DNA of 46,677 bases from a virus. Its lineage: Duplodnaviria; Caudoviricetes. Positions within the stretch are counted from its first letter, which is position 1. Each line of letters opens with the position of its first letter. Where the stretch lies: positions 1 through 46,677 of the IMG/VR virus record IMGVR_UViG_3300025114_000005, one strand, 5' to 3'. Shown piece by piece: positions 1-10,395 of the stretch. Under the pieces are notes generated by a model. It was not told the origin of the DNA. It did no database searches and saw nothing but the letters and a program-made list of their open reading frames with translations. A program made the translations under genes and the position numbers.

Positions 1-144
1 AGAATCAGCAGTATCTGTATACCTGTCACTTTTATCTTGTTCAAATGTTATCTGATGTGTTGTCATAATAGCATCATTAAACGCATGTCCAACCTCATTG
101 AAAGATTCTACACCAAATTTTCCTGGTCGCCATGATAAAGCCAT
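1..144 (-). CDS. hypothetical virion-module protein (partial, runs off window edge)
   Basis: Not in ORF track. ATG at 144-142 overlaps the upstream TAA (TAATG). Reads MALSWRPGKFGVESFNEVGHAFNDAIM... open to position 1. Confidence 0.6.
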   Translation of the reverse strand, partial: MALSWRPGKFGVESFNEVGHAFNDAIMTTHQITFEQDKSDRYTDTADS

Positions 145-521
145 TAGAAATCCACCGGTTTTATGTATTTAAAAGTACCCGCTCGCGCGCGATACGCGAA
201 CTTCCTTGCTCGTTTAATCCCAGCTTCATACTTCGATCCGAAATACTGTGCAAGACTACCCCCATCAGGATTTCTCTCATATCCATACTGTATTGCTTTC
301 TCAACAAGATGTTCATGGAATTGAGGAAGTATTTCATTTTCTTCGGTAGCCCAAGCATCACTTGCTGAGGGCTCACTAATTCTATCCGCACGTTTATAAT
401 AATAGATAGTAGCAGTAAGGTCGTCCTGATCTGGCGATGCAAATGTTGCATTAATAGCATCGTACTTTGCAATGCCTATTGAATCTCGTTCAGTCCACCA
501 TACATATCTTGAATGTGCCAT
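144..521 (-). CDS. head-tail adaptor-like protein (resembles C-terminal half of phage adaptors)
   Basis: Motifs ATIYYYKRA and EILPQFHEHLVEKAIQYGY resemble the C-terminal part of podovirus adaptors. Lies downstream of the capsid gene. Confidence 0.55.
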   Translation of the reverse strand: MAHSRYVWWTERDSIGIAKYDAINATFASPDQDDLTATIYYYKRADRISEPSASDAWATEENEILPQFHEHLVEKAIQYGYERNPDGGSLAQYFGSKYEAGIKRARKFAYRARAGTFKYIKPVDF

Positions 522-799
522 TATGTGATATCCCTGATGGCAGGCCGACCAATAAGATGTGGAATCCCCTCAGAATCTCCATCATCGTTCTCCAAGTCAA
601 CTGACCGTATTTCTAATATCTTATCGTCAAGAGCATAAAATCTCTGGTCCTTAATAGTGGGAAAGGTAATCGCACTATCCAGCACCCTTGTCCTTGCTGT
701 GAAGTCATCTGATGCCCTATTTATCATCTTAACTATTTCCACGGCTCCTAAGTCAGGGTGATGCTGTTGAACCAATTCAACCATTTCCCCTGCTTTCAT
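521..799 (-). CDS. head-tail adaptor-like protein (resembles N-terminal half of phage adaptors)
   Basis: EIVKMINRASDDF followed by TIKDQRFYALDDKILEIRSV, typical of adaptor N-termini. TAATG-coupled to the next gene. Confidence 0.55.
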   Translation of the reverse strand: MKAGEMVELVQQHHPDLGAVEIVKMINRASDDFTARTRVLDSAITFPTIKDQRFYALDDKILEIRSVDLENDDGDSEGIPHLIGRPAIRDIT

Positions 800-2451
800 T
801 TCTGTACTCCCACAAAAGATGTATTCTTATCAGGACTAGCTCCAGCCATATAAGGAGCCCAACACTGTTCGTACATCGCCTGAACGTACCCTAACTGACC
901 CTGAAGCCACTGATAATCCACAGTATCCTTCTGTATAACAGCCTGATAAAGCTGAATCTTCTTACCTAGATCAGTGGTATACTGTGTAACCTCCTTACCT
1001 ATCAAGGCTTGGAACTCAGCCATCTCAGTAGCATACTCCTGAAGTCCTGCTGCATATTCAGTATCCTTAGCCGCGAACTCAGTTACATTCTTCTGTATAG
1101 TGGCCTGATAAACAGTGCTCTCTTTATTAAATTCGTTTAGTTCCTGCTGTATTGCCAGCGAATACTCCTGGAGCTTATTAGTATAATCTGTTGTCCATTT
1201 CTGGAACTTGTTCTGAAGCTCATTATTCTGGTACGCCTGAACCGCATTGTTTACCTGCATCTGATATTCTTGAATCTGTGCGGCATACTTGTTTAATAAA
1301 TTACCATCATGAGAGCCTTCTAATTGTGCTTCTGTAATATATTCCTGTAACTTGCCCTGATATGCAACATTTGCTTCATTGAACTCATTTAACTGGTTCT
1401 GCATAGCCTGACTGTATGCACCTACATAAGTAGTAATCTTAGCCATCTGAGACTGTGCTAACTCAATATCTTCCTCTGTCTCTATCATGTCAGCGAGTGT
1501 ATTCCACCACTTGCTAAAATTCAGAGTATCCGCCTCTGTTCCAATTACACCAGCATCCATAGCTACTGTTAATTCTTCTGTGACTCCGCCCACCTTTGGA
1601 GGGGTATAAGTTGGTACGGAGCCACTTGGATCGGCCACAGTTGGTGCACTGGAGAGGGCTGGTGCATCCAAAACGGCCGGATTAATATCAATTAAAGCAT
1701 TATCTGTTGTCAGGTCTAAATCTGTAATACTTGGAAATGCTGGGATCACAACATCTGGACTAGCTCCTGTCAAACCTATTGTCGGCTTGGTATATGTAGG
1801 GGCTTGCCCAAATCCAGCGATACTTCCATAATCTGGAGCATCAGGTGAAGCTGGTAAAGTATCAATACCAGAAAGATCAAGGTCGGCCACAGCATTAAAT
1901 ACCGTAGTATCAGCATCAAGATCAGTAGGTAAAGCAACTCTTAAATCTATTAGCTTAGAATGAATAACATTCATAGCCACCCATAAAACCACATGTCTGT
2001 AAAATTCTGATGGAAAACTAGCAATAGTACCATTTGCATCACTGATCGCACCATATGCAACAGAAGATACCTGAGCAGGAGCAGCATTTGTTGGAGTAGG
2101 AAGAACAGTCAGTGTACCATTGAGGATATAGTATTTAGGGTCAGTAATTGGAGCATAGTAAATACTCGTATTATCCCCAATCTTTGCCCTGTACTGGGGT
2201 GAAACCGGTGAGCACCTCTTAGAATCTCTCTGCACGTCAAGGATTCTTCCTTTTGCGGTTGTATCAAAAGAGACACCATCCGTAGCATTTAGTACGGTCT
2301 CAGCTGCGAACATATGCAACAAGCCAGGGTTTGCTGCTTCAATTCTTGAAACAACAGCCTTTACCGCATCTGGTAACCACTGGACTATCTCAGTTGTCTG
2401 TCCTGAGATATCTCCAGCGTAAAACTGTACCTGAGTACTAAAACTAGCCAC
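796..2451 (-). CDS. virion structural protein: adaptor-like N-terminus plus long Q/E/Y-rich coiled coil
   Basis: N-terminal DPKYYILNGTLTVLPTP...FPSEFYRHVVLWVA, a Pro-rich linker, and a heptad-like C-terminal half. Confidence 0.6.
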   Translation of the reverse strand: MASFSTQVQFYAGDISGQTTEIVQWLPDAVKAVVSRIEAANPGLLHMFAAETVLNATDGVSFDTTAKGRILDVQRDSKRCSPVSPQYRAKIGDNTSIYYAPITDPKYYILNGTLTVLPTPTNAAPAQVSSVAYGAISDANGTIASFPSEFYRHVVLWVAMNVIHSKLIDLRVALPTDLDADTTVFNAVADLDLSGIDTLPASPDAPDYGSIAGFGQAPTYTKPTIGLTGASPDVVIPAFPSITDLDLTTDNALIDINPAVLDAPALSSAPTVADPSGSVPTYTPPKVGGVTEELTVAMDAGVIGTEADTLNFSKWWNTLADMIETEEDIELAQSQMAKITTYVGAYSQAMQNQLNEFNEANVAYQGKLQEYITEAQLEGSHDGNLLNKYAAQIQEYQMQVNNAVQAYQNNELQNKFQKWTTDYTNKLQEYSLAIQQELNEFNKESTVYQATIQKNVTEFAAKDTEYAAGLQEYATEMAEFQALIGKEVTQYTTDLGKKIQLYQAVIQKDTVDYQWLQGQLGYVQAMYEQCWAPYMAGASPDKNTSFVGVQK

Positions 2452-2453
2452 TA

Positions 2454-2789
2454 TTACGAAGCGGGATAATTGTCGATGTCAGCTACAGTATCGCCAACCC
2501 ATTCTCTGTAAACCATCGCATAATCAGATGAACCAATAGTAACTGAACTCCATCTCCCATAAATGGTAACTCCTATAGGAATTTCTTCTGTTACAATAGT
2601 ATCCCAAATATCTGTATCAGTAGACACAGCTGAGACTGTTATAAAGTCAGTTCCACCTGTTGTAAAGGTTGCACAGATCGAACTATACGTATCATCACTA
2701 ACTGTAGACCCATTGCCACACCAATCATAACCACCTCGACCTGTAAGGATACTCAGGGTCTGAGCTATATCTGTTAAATTTCTTGCCAT
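2454..2789 (-). CDS. small beta-rich virion protein (possible capsid decoration)
   Basis: 111 aa, Thr/Ser/Gly-rich. AGGAG RBS at 2796-2800. Follows the capsid gene. Confidence 0.55.
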   Translation of the reverse strand: MARNLTDIAQTLSILTGRGGYDWCGNGSTVSDDTYSSICATFTTGGTDFITVSAVSTDTDIWDTIVTEEIPIGVTIYGRWSSVTIGSSDYAMVYREWVGDTVADIDNYPAS

Positions 2790-2801
2790 TACTATCTCCT
2801 G

Positions 2802-2930
2802 TTATTTCTTTTCAGTCTTGGGCTTCGACTTCTTTTTATTCTTATCATAGGCCATGCGCCTACTTTCATCATTTACACTTGGACTTTGATGGGGTCCGCC
2901 AACTGTGTTGCTTGTAACCATCTTTTCCAT
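2802..2930 (-). CDS. small basic hypothetical protein (42 aa)
   Basis: Not in ORF track. AAAGGAG RBS, then MEKMVTSNTVGGPHQSPSVNDESRRMAYDKNKKKSKPKTEKK*. Fills the gap between the terminator and the next gene. Confidence 0.65.
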   Translation of the reverse strand: MEKMVTSNTVGGPHQSPSVNDESRRMAYDKNKKKSKPKTEKK

Positions 2931-2943
2931 TTCTTTCTCCTTT

Positions 2944-2973
2944 GAGTAAGAAGGGGGAGGACAAGCCTCCCCC
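2944..2973 (-). terminator. intrinsic terminator after major capsid gene
   Basis: 8-bp GC stem GGGGGAGG/CCTCCCCC (2953-2973), 5-nt loop, followed on the minus strand by TTCTTACTC. Lies 15 nt after the TAG-TAA double stop. The weak U-tract suggests read-through. Confidence 0.7.
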
Positions 2974-2987
2974 AACTAACTACTTTA

Positions 2988-4340
2988 CTACGCCCATTTC
3001 ATAATAGCGTGAGTTTCTGGAAGAGCAATCTCAAGACCGGCTTCGGTCAAGATGATGTCTTTCCGTCCATCAACGTTATTATTCTGAACGTTTGTGATGA
3101 TATGCGTGTCACGACTTACGCCGTTAGCGGCTAGCGGACGATACTTAACATTCTTCATGTCAATCATGATAGAATAGTTCTCCGTCGCACCTCTTAGTAA
3201 AGGCTCCTGCACAAAGTGCAGATCACCAAACACAGTATTAACCCGCATTACATTATGGCCGAAAGCACCTTTAATGTTCTGCAAGTCAAGGCGGAATCCA
3301 TTTCCACCATATTGATCTGCAGCGGTGCCGGCTTCAATTTGGCCGAGCTCAACTGTGTTATGTAAGAAGGAAGCACTACCTAGTTTCTGGAACCAGGCAA
3401 TAACTTTCCTAGATGCGAGGACTAGCTTCTGACCGGAGTTACCGGATTCAGGAGCAAAAATATCCTCCATAGCGTCAACGAAATCGTCGTAAGAACTGGA
3501 AGCATATGTAAAGTTTTTCACTTTACCATAAGTCTCTGTATAGGGAAGTATTCCCCATGAATACCGCTGGGGTCCAGCGGATGCAGACTCATCGGCACCA
3601 CCTGAACCATAAAGCATTGCATGCTCTATGTCCATTTTGTGCTCCATAAGCTTCTCAGACCATACACGTTTATACTCATCAGGTTTCCCACGATATCTGG
3701 TCGCAAGAGTCGTACCGGAGAAGAGAGGAATTGCAGTTTTGAAAATCTGGCAATATCCTTCTCTATCGTAGAGCTCGTCCTTCCAACCCGCTGGGTCGGT
3801 TCCACCTTCAGCAAAAGCTGAACCAACGACCTGACCTTTTGCATTGTCAGCAAAAGCACACGTTGCAGTAAACAACGGTGTCAGGTCTATTTGCGCGGCA
3901 GCACTGGAATCAGCTGTCAAGTCAGGATTCTGTGAGATAAGGAAATGACGGAGAGTTCCCGCCGTATCCGGAATCATCACAACCTGGCCATTCAGCAAGA
4001 ACTGTGGCACCACTGGAGTAGTAACTACACGTCCATACTTATCATACGTCACGTCAACCTTCATCATGTTGGCGACTTCTGTACCCTTAGTATAAGACGC
4101 GGAGCTTGTTGCTCCTTTGGCATCAAAGTTCCTACGCTGCCACTGGTGACGCTGTTCAAGAAACTTGAAAACAGGGTCGTCAGTAGACGCTTTGGCAACT
4201 TTTGATAGGTAGACGAAGAACGGCGTTTGCTCCGGAGCTAGTTCAGCAACCCTCTCACCGAAATTATACATCCGGCGTGAGTGATTAACTGAGCTCGACT
4301 GCATGTCACCACCAGCTGTTACGCTATATTGGTCTGCCAT
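2988..4340 (-). CDS. major capsid protein (HK97 fold, DUF5309/SU10-like)
   Basis: Follows portal and scaffold. Motifs LAPEQTPFF, GYCQIFKT, KLMEHKMDIEHAMLYG, TVFGDL and ILTEAGLE. GGAGG RBS and a downstream terminator. Confidence 0.85.
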   Translation of the reverse strand: MADQYSVTAGGDMQSSSVNHSRRMYNFGERVAELAPEQTPFFVYLSKVAKASTDDPVFKFLEQRHQWQRRNFDAKGATSSASYTKGTEVANMMKVDVTYDKYGRVVTTPVVPQFLLNGQVVMIPDTAGTLRHFLISQNPDLTADSSAAAQIDLTPLFTATCAFADNAKGQVVGSAFAEGGTDPAGWKDELYDREGYCQIFKTAIPLFSGTTLATRYRGKPDEYKRVWSEKLMEHKMDIEHAMLYGSGGADESASAGPQRYSWGILPYTETYGKVKNFTYASSSYDDFVDAMEDIFAPESGNSGQKLVLASRKVIAWFQKLGSASFLHNTVELGQIEAGTAADQYGGNGFRLDLQNIKGAFGHNVMRVNTVFGDLHFVQEPLLRGATENYSIMIDMKNVKYRPLAANGVSRDTHIITNVQNNNVDGRKDIILTEAGLEIALPETHAIMKWA

Positions 4341-4367
4341 TTTGAGCTACCTCCGTTTTAGTCTATG

Positions 4368-5321
4368 TTATGTAAATGGATTCGAACTTCTATAGTCCGT
4401 CACCATTTCATCTATTATCCTATCTTCTTCCGCCTTCGGGGACGTATCCACATTTGCAGACGGAAGAACTCCCATCGGACTTGGTATTGAGGATGCTCTT
4501 TTAACCTGCTCAAAGTCCCGGCTAGCGGGAGCTGAAGTTTGAGGTTGAGGTTGCATATTCCCAGTACCTTCATCCATTGCAAAGAGCTTCCATAAGTTAT
4601 CTACCGTGAGTGAGGATGGGTCTGACATTACTTCGATGAACTTACTGATCCGCGTGTCGTCCGCTTGATAAGTGGTACGGAGATGTTCCGCAACATTATT
4701 AATGGCTTCTTGCGCTTCGCTATCAGCCTTCTGGCGTTGTATCTCATTCTGACGTTCTTGCCTGAACTCATCGCGTTCAGATTCAATACTAGCCTGGAGA
4801 TATTCTGTCCGTAAGCTATTATATTCATCCATATTGTCTCTCCATCTTTCTGTATCTTCGAGGTGTCGTGCACTAGCCGAGCTCGGGTCAGTGTATGCTT
4901 CCTCACGATTGTATCCAGATGGTCTTTGCGGTCTCTCAGGTGGCGGTGGAAACTCTTCCCTTACCTCCTCAACAGGTTCTTCAGATGGTGCTGCTTGAGG
5001 CTGAACCTTCTCAAAGAGCGTTGTCATCTGCTGTTGCAGGACATTGTTTTGCTCTTTAAGCCGGTTATTCTCATTCAGCATCTTATCTGCACGAGACTGT
5101 TGGTATTGATATCGGGTTTGATCGTTATCCACTACCTCTTGAGAGGTGGTTTCCTCCACGGGTGCGCGAACTTCTTCTTCATTCGCGGCCACTTCAGTTG
5201 AACCAAAGGCTGCTGACTCTTCAGGTGCAGCAGTTCCATGAAGAATTATATCATTAACGATAGAACCAGGTTCTTGCGGCACTTCACTACCATCAAGACG
5301 CTGGGTATCTATTTCTGCCAT
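4368..5321 (-). CDS. capsid scaffolding protein
   Basis: Acidic, low-complexity, coiled-coil 317-aa protein between portal and capsid genes. Confidence 0.7.
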   Translation of the reverse strand: MAEIDTQRLDGSEVPQEPGSIVNDIILHGTAAPEESAAFGSTEVAANEEEVRAPVEETTSQEVVDNDQTRYQYQQSRADKMLNENNRLKEQNNVLQQQMTTLFEKVQPQAAPSEEPVEEVREEFPPPPERPQRPSGYNREEAYTDPSSASARHLEDTERWRDNMDEYNSLRTEYLQASIESERDEFRQERQNEIQRQKADSEAQEAINNVAEHLRTTYQADDTRISKFIEVMSDPSSLTVDNLWKLFAMDEGTGNMQPQPQTSAPASRDFEQVKRASSIPSPMGVLPSANVDTSPKAEEDRIIDEMVTDYRSSNPFT

Positions 5322-5333
5322 GATTAACTCCTT

Positions 5334-7505
5334 CTACTTTGAAGAACCTCTACGGGTCTTAGAGGGTGTCTCCGGTTTAGAGGCCTGTCTGACCTCACCT
5401 TGTATTTGACCCATGGCATCGTCCAAACGTTTCTCAAAGACGGTACCGGCAGCTTGTGCCTTGTTTGTCGTCTTATCAAGCGATGCATCGAACTTTGCCA
5501 GCTTTGCTTGCTGCTTGGCATGATACGCTTCGCGCTCACGCGTTTGCAGGTCGCCTTGTAAGTCTTTTATTGTCTCCTGTGCTGCTTGCATCTGCTGTTG
5601 CAGCTTAGCAATTATATCTGTACGCTTTAGAACTCCTTCAAGATCGAATACCTCTGTTTTCTTCAGAACTTCCTGCCTATCTATAATACCCTTCTCATAG
5701 GCATCCATGTACATTTCAAGCTGAGCATAGCGGTTTGTTGGGAGAGTAGAGCCGGTAACGACAACAACATCAAACTTACCAACGCTAATATCATTAATTA
5801 CTTCTATCTCCATTCCCTTATCATCAAACAACCGCTTATTCGCGCTATACTCAGTCAGACTATTATTAGGCTGGACTATCCTCACGACCTTCTCCGTCCT
5901 ATACAGCTGTTGCATCATTGGTATAACAATTTCTGCTGCCCGAGTAAGCCCAGCCTCAATGTCAGCTTGTTTTGATTTTATCTTTCTCTGTCCGAACTCA
6001 TCGAGAGAGACAGTAGCTTTGTATGTATGTGGAGCCACTGATGAATTACCCATCATCAATTCATATAAACCAAGCTGATGATCAATGTCATTCTTTGCAT
6101 TATTCTCATTTTGATACAACTCATTCGGAAGTGGGATAGGTTGCACTGGAACAGGCGGTCCCTGATCAAAATCAACCTCTATAGCCACTCCAGGCTGAGC
6201 CCACTTCTGCTCAAACTCTCTCATATCAACGCTTCCCGAAGGAATTAAAATCTTTGTATTCGTACTTGTAGTAGCGTGAGCAATAATTAAAGAACGCGTC
6301 TTATTAATATACTCCTGCAAGTTCTTCACCATTCTTACATCGCTCATAGGAAATGGGGTACGAGTATGCATATTCATGAAAAGAACCACAGGATAGTGTT
6401 CTGTAGGAAGAACACGAGAAAACAACTTCTTATCTCCCATTACCACACACTGTAGAACCCTTGTTGTTGGAGTAACTATGACTTCTATTGCACCCTGATC
6501 AATTAATTCTTTGTAAGAAACTTCTCTTGCCTGTGGAGGTTCAGGTTTCTCTTGCCCTTTAGCTGATGCTTCCTGGGCTACCTGTGCATACATCTCCTGC
6601 ATACGTACCATAGCCTTTTCTGCCTGTTCAGGATTTGTAAATACCTGTCCCTGGACTAACCATGCAGTCTGCTCTACATACTCTGTATAACTCTCTTCAC
6701 TTAAAAGGTCTTCTTTACCACTAAAACTTTCTCTTACGAGGTAATAATCAAACATCTCCTTGTAATATCTCTCATATCCACGAATATACTCATCAGACTC
6801 TCCAAACGTGGAGAGTGTCTGTGTTGTTACATCTTCAGGGAAAGTAACCTCTCCAGAGTCTTCTCTAACAGTAGCGGGACGGTCTGTAGTAAAGTTGTCT
6901 GAGGCAGCGTTTTTTATTGCCTTTTCATACATAGGATACAGACGGATTGCCTGATCTTTTGTATATAAACGGGAAATAATGATGCTTTCCGCATCGTTAC
7001 ATAGCCTATCCCTCGAATTTGGATCAATATAAATATCAAGCGGATCAACATCCTTTACCTTCACATCTCCACGGTTCATATCAGACATCGGGTCTTGATA
7101 TATAAGTAAAGCACCCATGCCAGTTACATAATAATCATCTATAACAGACCTCATAGCAGCTGTACCATCAGATATCTGCCATATATACTCCAAAAGGCCG
7201 TTCATTACCTGAGCAACCTTATTATCACTATCTTCACGTGGAGAGACCCTGAAAGAGGGCCTGTTAGAGGTAAGCATAGCTTTCGCAGCTTCAACAGCAG
7301 GATGGATTCTATTAACAACAATCGGAGCCTGGCCACGCTCTTCGAGAGTGCGCTTCTGCTCCGCTGTCCACTGTTTTCCGAGACGAAACTCCCGATCTTC
7401 TTGAGCATGTGCAGCCCAGGTATCCCTTTTCATGGAATACGTTTTCCAGAGGTCAATAGTCTCTTCTACGAAAGATTTGTCCGATTTGGACTTCTTATAA
7501 GCCAA
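5334..7505 (-). CDS. portal protein (P22-like, with C-terminal coiled-coil barrel)
   Basis: EDREFRLGKQW...RGQAPIVVNRIHP, DPLDIYIDP, LQEYINK, GKFDVVV and a Q-rich C-terminal helix. Immediately downstream of terL. Confidence 0.9.
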   Translation of the reverse strand: MAYKKSKSDKSFVEETIDLWKTYSMKRDTWAAHAQEDREFRLGKQWTAEQKRTLEERGQAPIVVNRIHPAVEAAKAMLTSNRPSFRVSPREDSDNKVAQVMNGLLEYIWQISDGTAAMRSVIDDYYVTGMGALLIYQDPMSDMNRGDVKVKDVDPLDIYIDPNSRDRLCNDAESIIISRLYTKDQAIRLYPMYEKAIKNAASDNFTTDRPATVREDSGEVTFPEDVTTQTLSTFGESDEYIRGYERYYKEMFDYYLVRESFSGKEDLLSEESYTEYVEQTAWLVQGQVFTNPEQAEKAMVRMQEMYAQVAQEASAKGQEKPEPPQAREVSYKELIDQGAIEVIVTPTTRVLQCVVMGDKKLFSRVLPTEHYPVVLFMNMHTRTPFPMSDVRMVKNLQEYINKTRSLIIAHATTSTNTKILIPSGSVDMREFEQKWAQPGVAIEVDFDQGPPVPVQPIPLPNELYQNENNAKNDIDHQLGLYELMMGNSSVAPHTYKATVSLDEFGQRKIKSKQADIEAGLTRAAEIVIPMMQQLYRTEKVVRIVQPNNSLTEYSANKRLFDDKGMEIEVINDISVGKFDVVVVTGSTLPTNRYAQLEMYMDAYEKGIIDRQEVLKKTEVFDLEGVLKRTDIIAKLQQQMQAAQETIKDLQGDLQTREREAYHAKQQAKLAKFDASLDKTTNKAQAAGTVFEKRLDDAMGQIQGEVRQASKPETPSKTRRGSSK

Positions 7506-7536
7506 GCTACCTCCATAGACTTAGGGCGAATTTACA

Positions 7537-9060
7537 TTAGGCAGTCATCCAATCCAACACTTTTGTCATAAGATCATCATCTTTTTTCCCAGGGGTGAAT
7601 TTCTCCACCCTACATGGAGTAGCTTTCTCTAAGGCTGTCCATATTGCATCTAGGATGTCATCGTTCTTCCCAGCTGGATAAGAAAGGAACTCCTGCTGAG
7701 CTGTTATGTCTTCTGGCCTGAAATGGAACATCCCCTTCGCGAGCATGGGAACCAGGCTAATTAACCTCTCAGACTTGCGAGTACGTGGTTTTACCCCCTT
7801 TTCAAGTCCGGGAATGTATAAATCCTCTTCCATCATCAGAACCCTTGTTGATTGGCGAAGTGCGTCCTGATATGCAGTAGATTCCACTCTCATACGCTTT
7901 GGACGGAACTTCTTATAAATTTCGATAATTTTTGCAGGCTGAAAAGCAGGATTGAGGCGAGAACGGAATATATCAAGAATATACTTATGATTATCATGAT
8001 CAACAGCAATAGTGGCAATAACAAAAAAGTCAGCACGGGCAGAAAGAGAACTAGCGGGATCAATACCGCAATACACCTCAACTGGTTTGATATCCTTTTT
8101 ATCACCTATACTCCTCGTCAGACAAGGCTGACCATCTATTCTTTCATAGTCGTAATGATGTAATTTAACATATTCTGGCTTAAATGGGGCTGTATCAGGA
8201 GATTGGGCAATATTCATGTATTCCTGATAAAATCCGTTTAAATTGCCAACGCTCTGAAATTCGTCCTTTATACCAAGAATACGCTTCTTATTGAAGCGTT
8301 CTGGCCAAATACTCTTCTCATCATCGTCCCAGATAGAATACCACATGGTTTTCCAGGCTGAACTGTCTTTTGCCCAATATAAGAAGCAATCCTCTGAAAT
8401 AACTGTCCCCACCATAACAATACGCCCATCATCAGATAACGAAGGTATCACAGCCTCAGTCATCCACTTCCTATTCTTAGTACGGGCTTCTGCGGTTAAA
8501 GCATTCAGCTCTGACTCAAAATCATCTACAATGATAAGATTTGGCCGTGTATCCCCCTCAATAAAGCCCCTGACCCTCTGGCCAGTACCAACTGCGACTA
8601 TCCTTGTTCCATTTGCAAGGATAATATCACTTCCAGTCCATCTTGCAGCTGTCGTTGCCCCAAAATCACCAATAAGCTTCTTAAACCTATCAGAATGATC
8701 TAAATGGTACTTTATACGACTTAAGAAGTTAATTGACTGCGCCTGGGACTCTGAGATGATAACCATGAACAAATCTTCATCATCTTTCTTGAAAGCCGCT
8801 CTATACAGAGGAAGAATGAGGCTACATACCGTACTTTTAGCAGTTCCTCGTGGTGCAGCTATAAGAATACGCTTATTCTTGTGATTTAGAAGATTTTGGT
8901 ATATTTCACTGTGAAATGGAGGAATATCCTTCCTCAGGGCGGTGGGAAAGCAATATCGGCCAAATAATCCAATATTGCCCTTAAATTTCTTTAATGCTTC
9001 TCGTCGGGCATATAATGCCTCATAATCCTCACTTTTCTTCTGGGAGTTCTGCAACTTCAA
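7537..9060 (-). CDS. terL: terminase large subunit
   Basis: Walker A APRGTAKST, Walker B LIIVDDFE, VGT coupling motif, FYQEYMN, and RNase H-like nuclease motifs GIDPA and NDDILDA. Confidence 0.95.
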   Translation of the reverse strand: MKLQNSQKKSEDYEALYARREALKKFKGNIGLFGRYCFPTALRKDIPPFHSEIYQNLLNHKNKRILIAAPRGTAKSTVCSLILPLYRAAFKKDDEDLFMVIISESQAQSINFLSRIKYHLDHSDRFKKLIGDFGATTAARWTGSDIILANGTRIVAVGTGQRVRGFIEGDTRPNLIIVDDFESELNALTAEARTKNRKWMTEAVIPSLSDDGRIVMVGTVISEDCFLYWAKDSSAWKTMWYSIWDDDEKSIWPERFNKKRILGIKDEFQSVGNLNGFYQEYMNIAQSPDTAPFKPEYVKLHHYDYERIDGQPCLTRSIGDKKDIKPVEVYCGIDPASSLSARADFFVIATIAVDHDNHKYILDIFRSRLNPAFQPAKIIEIYKKFRPKRMRVESTAYQDALRQSTRVLMMEEDLYIPGLEKGVKPRTRKSERLISLVPMLAKGMFHFRPEDITAQQEFLSYPAGKNDDILDAIWTALEKATPCRVEKFTPGKKDDDLMTKVLDWMTA

Positions 9061-9808
9061 CCTTCTTAGCTATTAATTTCCTCTCTTCTTCTTCTATTTC
9101 ATCTAACATTCTACTAGTTGAGGTGGCTTCAAGCTGAGTTGTCGTCTTAACAACTTGTTTAGTCCGCATACCATGTAAATCCTGTGCATTTTCTATAAGT
9201 CTTACCCAATTCGTCATATTCCCAGACTTATTAGCATGTTTCTTGGCTACTTCAAAGGCTTCAACCATCTCATCCATGACAAAAGCCTCTGTTATGCCAT
9301 GGTCTTGGAGCAATCTCTGTAATTCTTCACGAACCATTTTCTTGAATACCTCCGATTTCATCCATCTCTTGTATTTTCGGTGCTCTCCTGGCGTTGTTGA
9401 CCCAATAGCCATGTCGATTGCAATATTCCAGTCGAAAGTCTGGGCGTATGCTGTGGCGAGGTTCTTCATTTTGTCCTGACCGGCCCTTACCTCCAATTGA
9501 CTCTTTCCAGTAAGAGTATGGGGCGTTCTTCTCCCTTCCGCATTGAATTTCTTCCCAGGGTATTTTGTATTCCAAATGTGATATCCCCATGGTAATCTTA
9601 AATATACGCTCTCTGAGCCATTTTGGTTCGGGTATATCTTCTTTTTAAGGACTTTAGCACAGAATCCGTCATCAGAGAGAACAAAATCACCTTCTTCTCC
9701 CTCTTTCCACGGTTTATAGCTAATATCTTCCTTATCCGCCTCATCCTTGGTATATATATTATATGTCTTCTGCCCCGAATCTCTGTGATTGATAGTAATT
9801 GTATGCAA
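9029..9808 (-). CDS. probable terminase small subunit with N-terminal extension
   Basis: Directly upstream of and overlapping terL. The helical segment GITEAFVMDEMVEAFEVAKK resembles a TerS oligomerisation helix. Confidence 0.55.
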   Translation of the reverse strand: MHTITINHRDSGQKTYNIYTKDEADKEDISYKPWKEGEEGDFVLSDDGFCAKVLKKKIYPNQNGSESVYLRLPWGYHIWNTKYPGKKFNAEGRRTPHTLTGKSQLEVRAGQDKMKNLATAYAQTFDWNIAIDMAIGSTTPGEHRKYKRWMKSEVFKKMVREELQRLLQDHGITEAFVMDEMVEAFEVAKKHANKSGNMTNWVRLIENAQDLHGMRTKQVVKTTTQLEATSTSRMLDEIEEEERKLIAKKVEVAELPEEK

Positions 9809-9968
9809 TATACAGAATACTTGTTATAACAAGTCCATTAATGGTATCTGGTACCGTAAAGAAGCTGGGTAAGCTAAATTCCGGAACACTAGGCATTCCC
9901 CACGTTTTCCCAGAAAGCGTTAAATAGATACCTCCAGCTCCATATAAGAACAAAAACCAGTCTTTCAT
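9759..9968 (-). CDS. small membrane protein, holin candidate
   Basis: AGGAGAGG RBS. 69 aa with two hydrophobic segments. Directly downstream of the endolysin. Confidence 0.5.
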   Translation of the reverse strand: MKDWFLFLYGAGGIYLTLSGKTWGMPSVPEFSLPSFFTVPDTINGLVITSILYIAYNYYQSQRFGAEDI

Positions 9969-10005
9969 TGAATCCTCTCCTATTCATATCCCTAGAAAGG
10001 GGTTT

Positions 10006-10395
10006 TCACCGTGATTTCCCTGGCCATATGACCTGGTTCTTGTGTGTCCGTTTCTTGGTATCAAAGTGGATGTGTCTGTCACAAACCTCAATCCCCTCAA
10101 AGCCCGCAGTGATACCAGCAGAAACAACTTTGAACCTATCAGTACCAGTCCTACACCTAATATCAGCAGCTTTCCCCATAGAATGAGCGCCTCCTGTAGG
10201 TGCTCCCCCAGTGATCTTTGCATTGTATTTTTCACATCTATACCCCGACGTTATTTTAAAAGGTATACCAGCTAGAACCCTGGCTACCTCCAATTTATCC
10301 ATAAAGTCTACATCCATGTTCGTATCTCTACAACAAGGACAAGCCAACTCTTTATCCGTGAAATGCCTCCAATTACTCATCTCGGCCTCCATCAT
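10006..10395 (-). CDS. peptidase M15A family endolysin
   Basis: HFTDKELACPCC, ITSGYRC, GAHSMGKAADI and HIHFD give the H, D, H zinc ligands of M15 peptidases. Confidence 0.88.
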   Translation of the reverse strand: MMEAEMSNWRHFTDKELACPCCRDTNMDVDFMDKLEVARVLAGIPFKITSGYRCEKYNAKITGGAPTGGAHSMGKAADIRCRTGTDRFKVVSAGITAGFEGIEVCDRHIHFDTKKRTHKNQVIWPGKSR

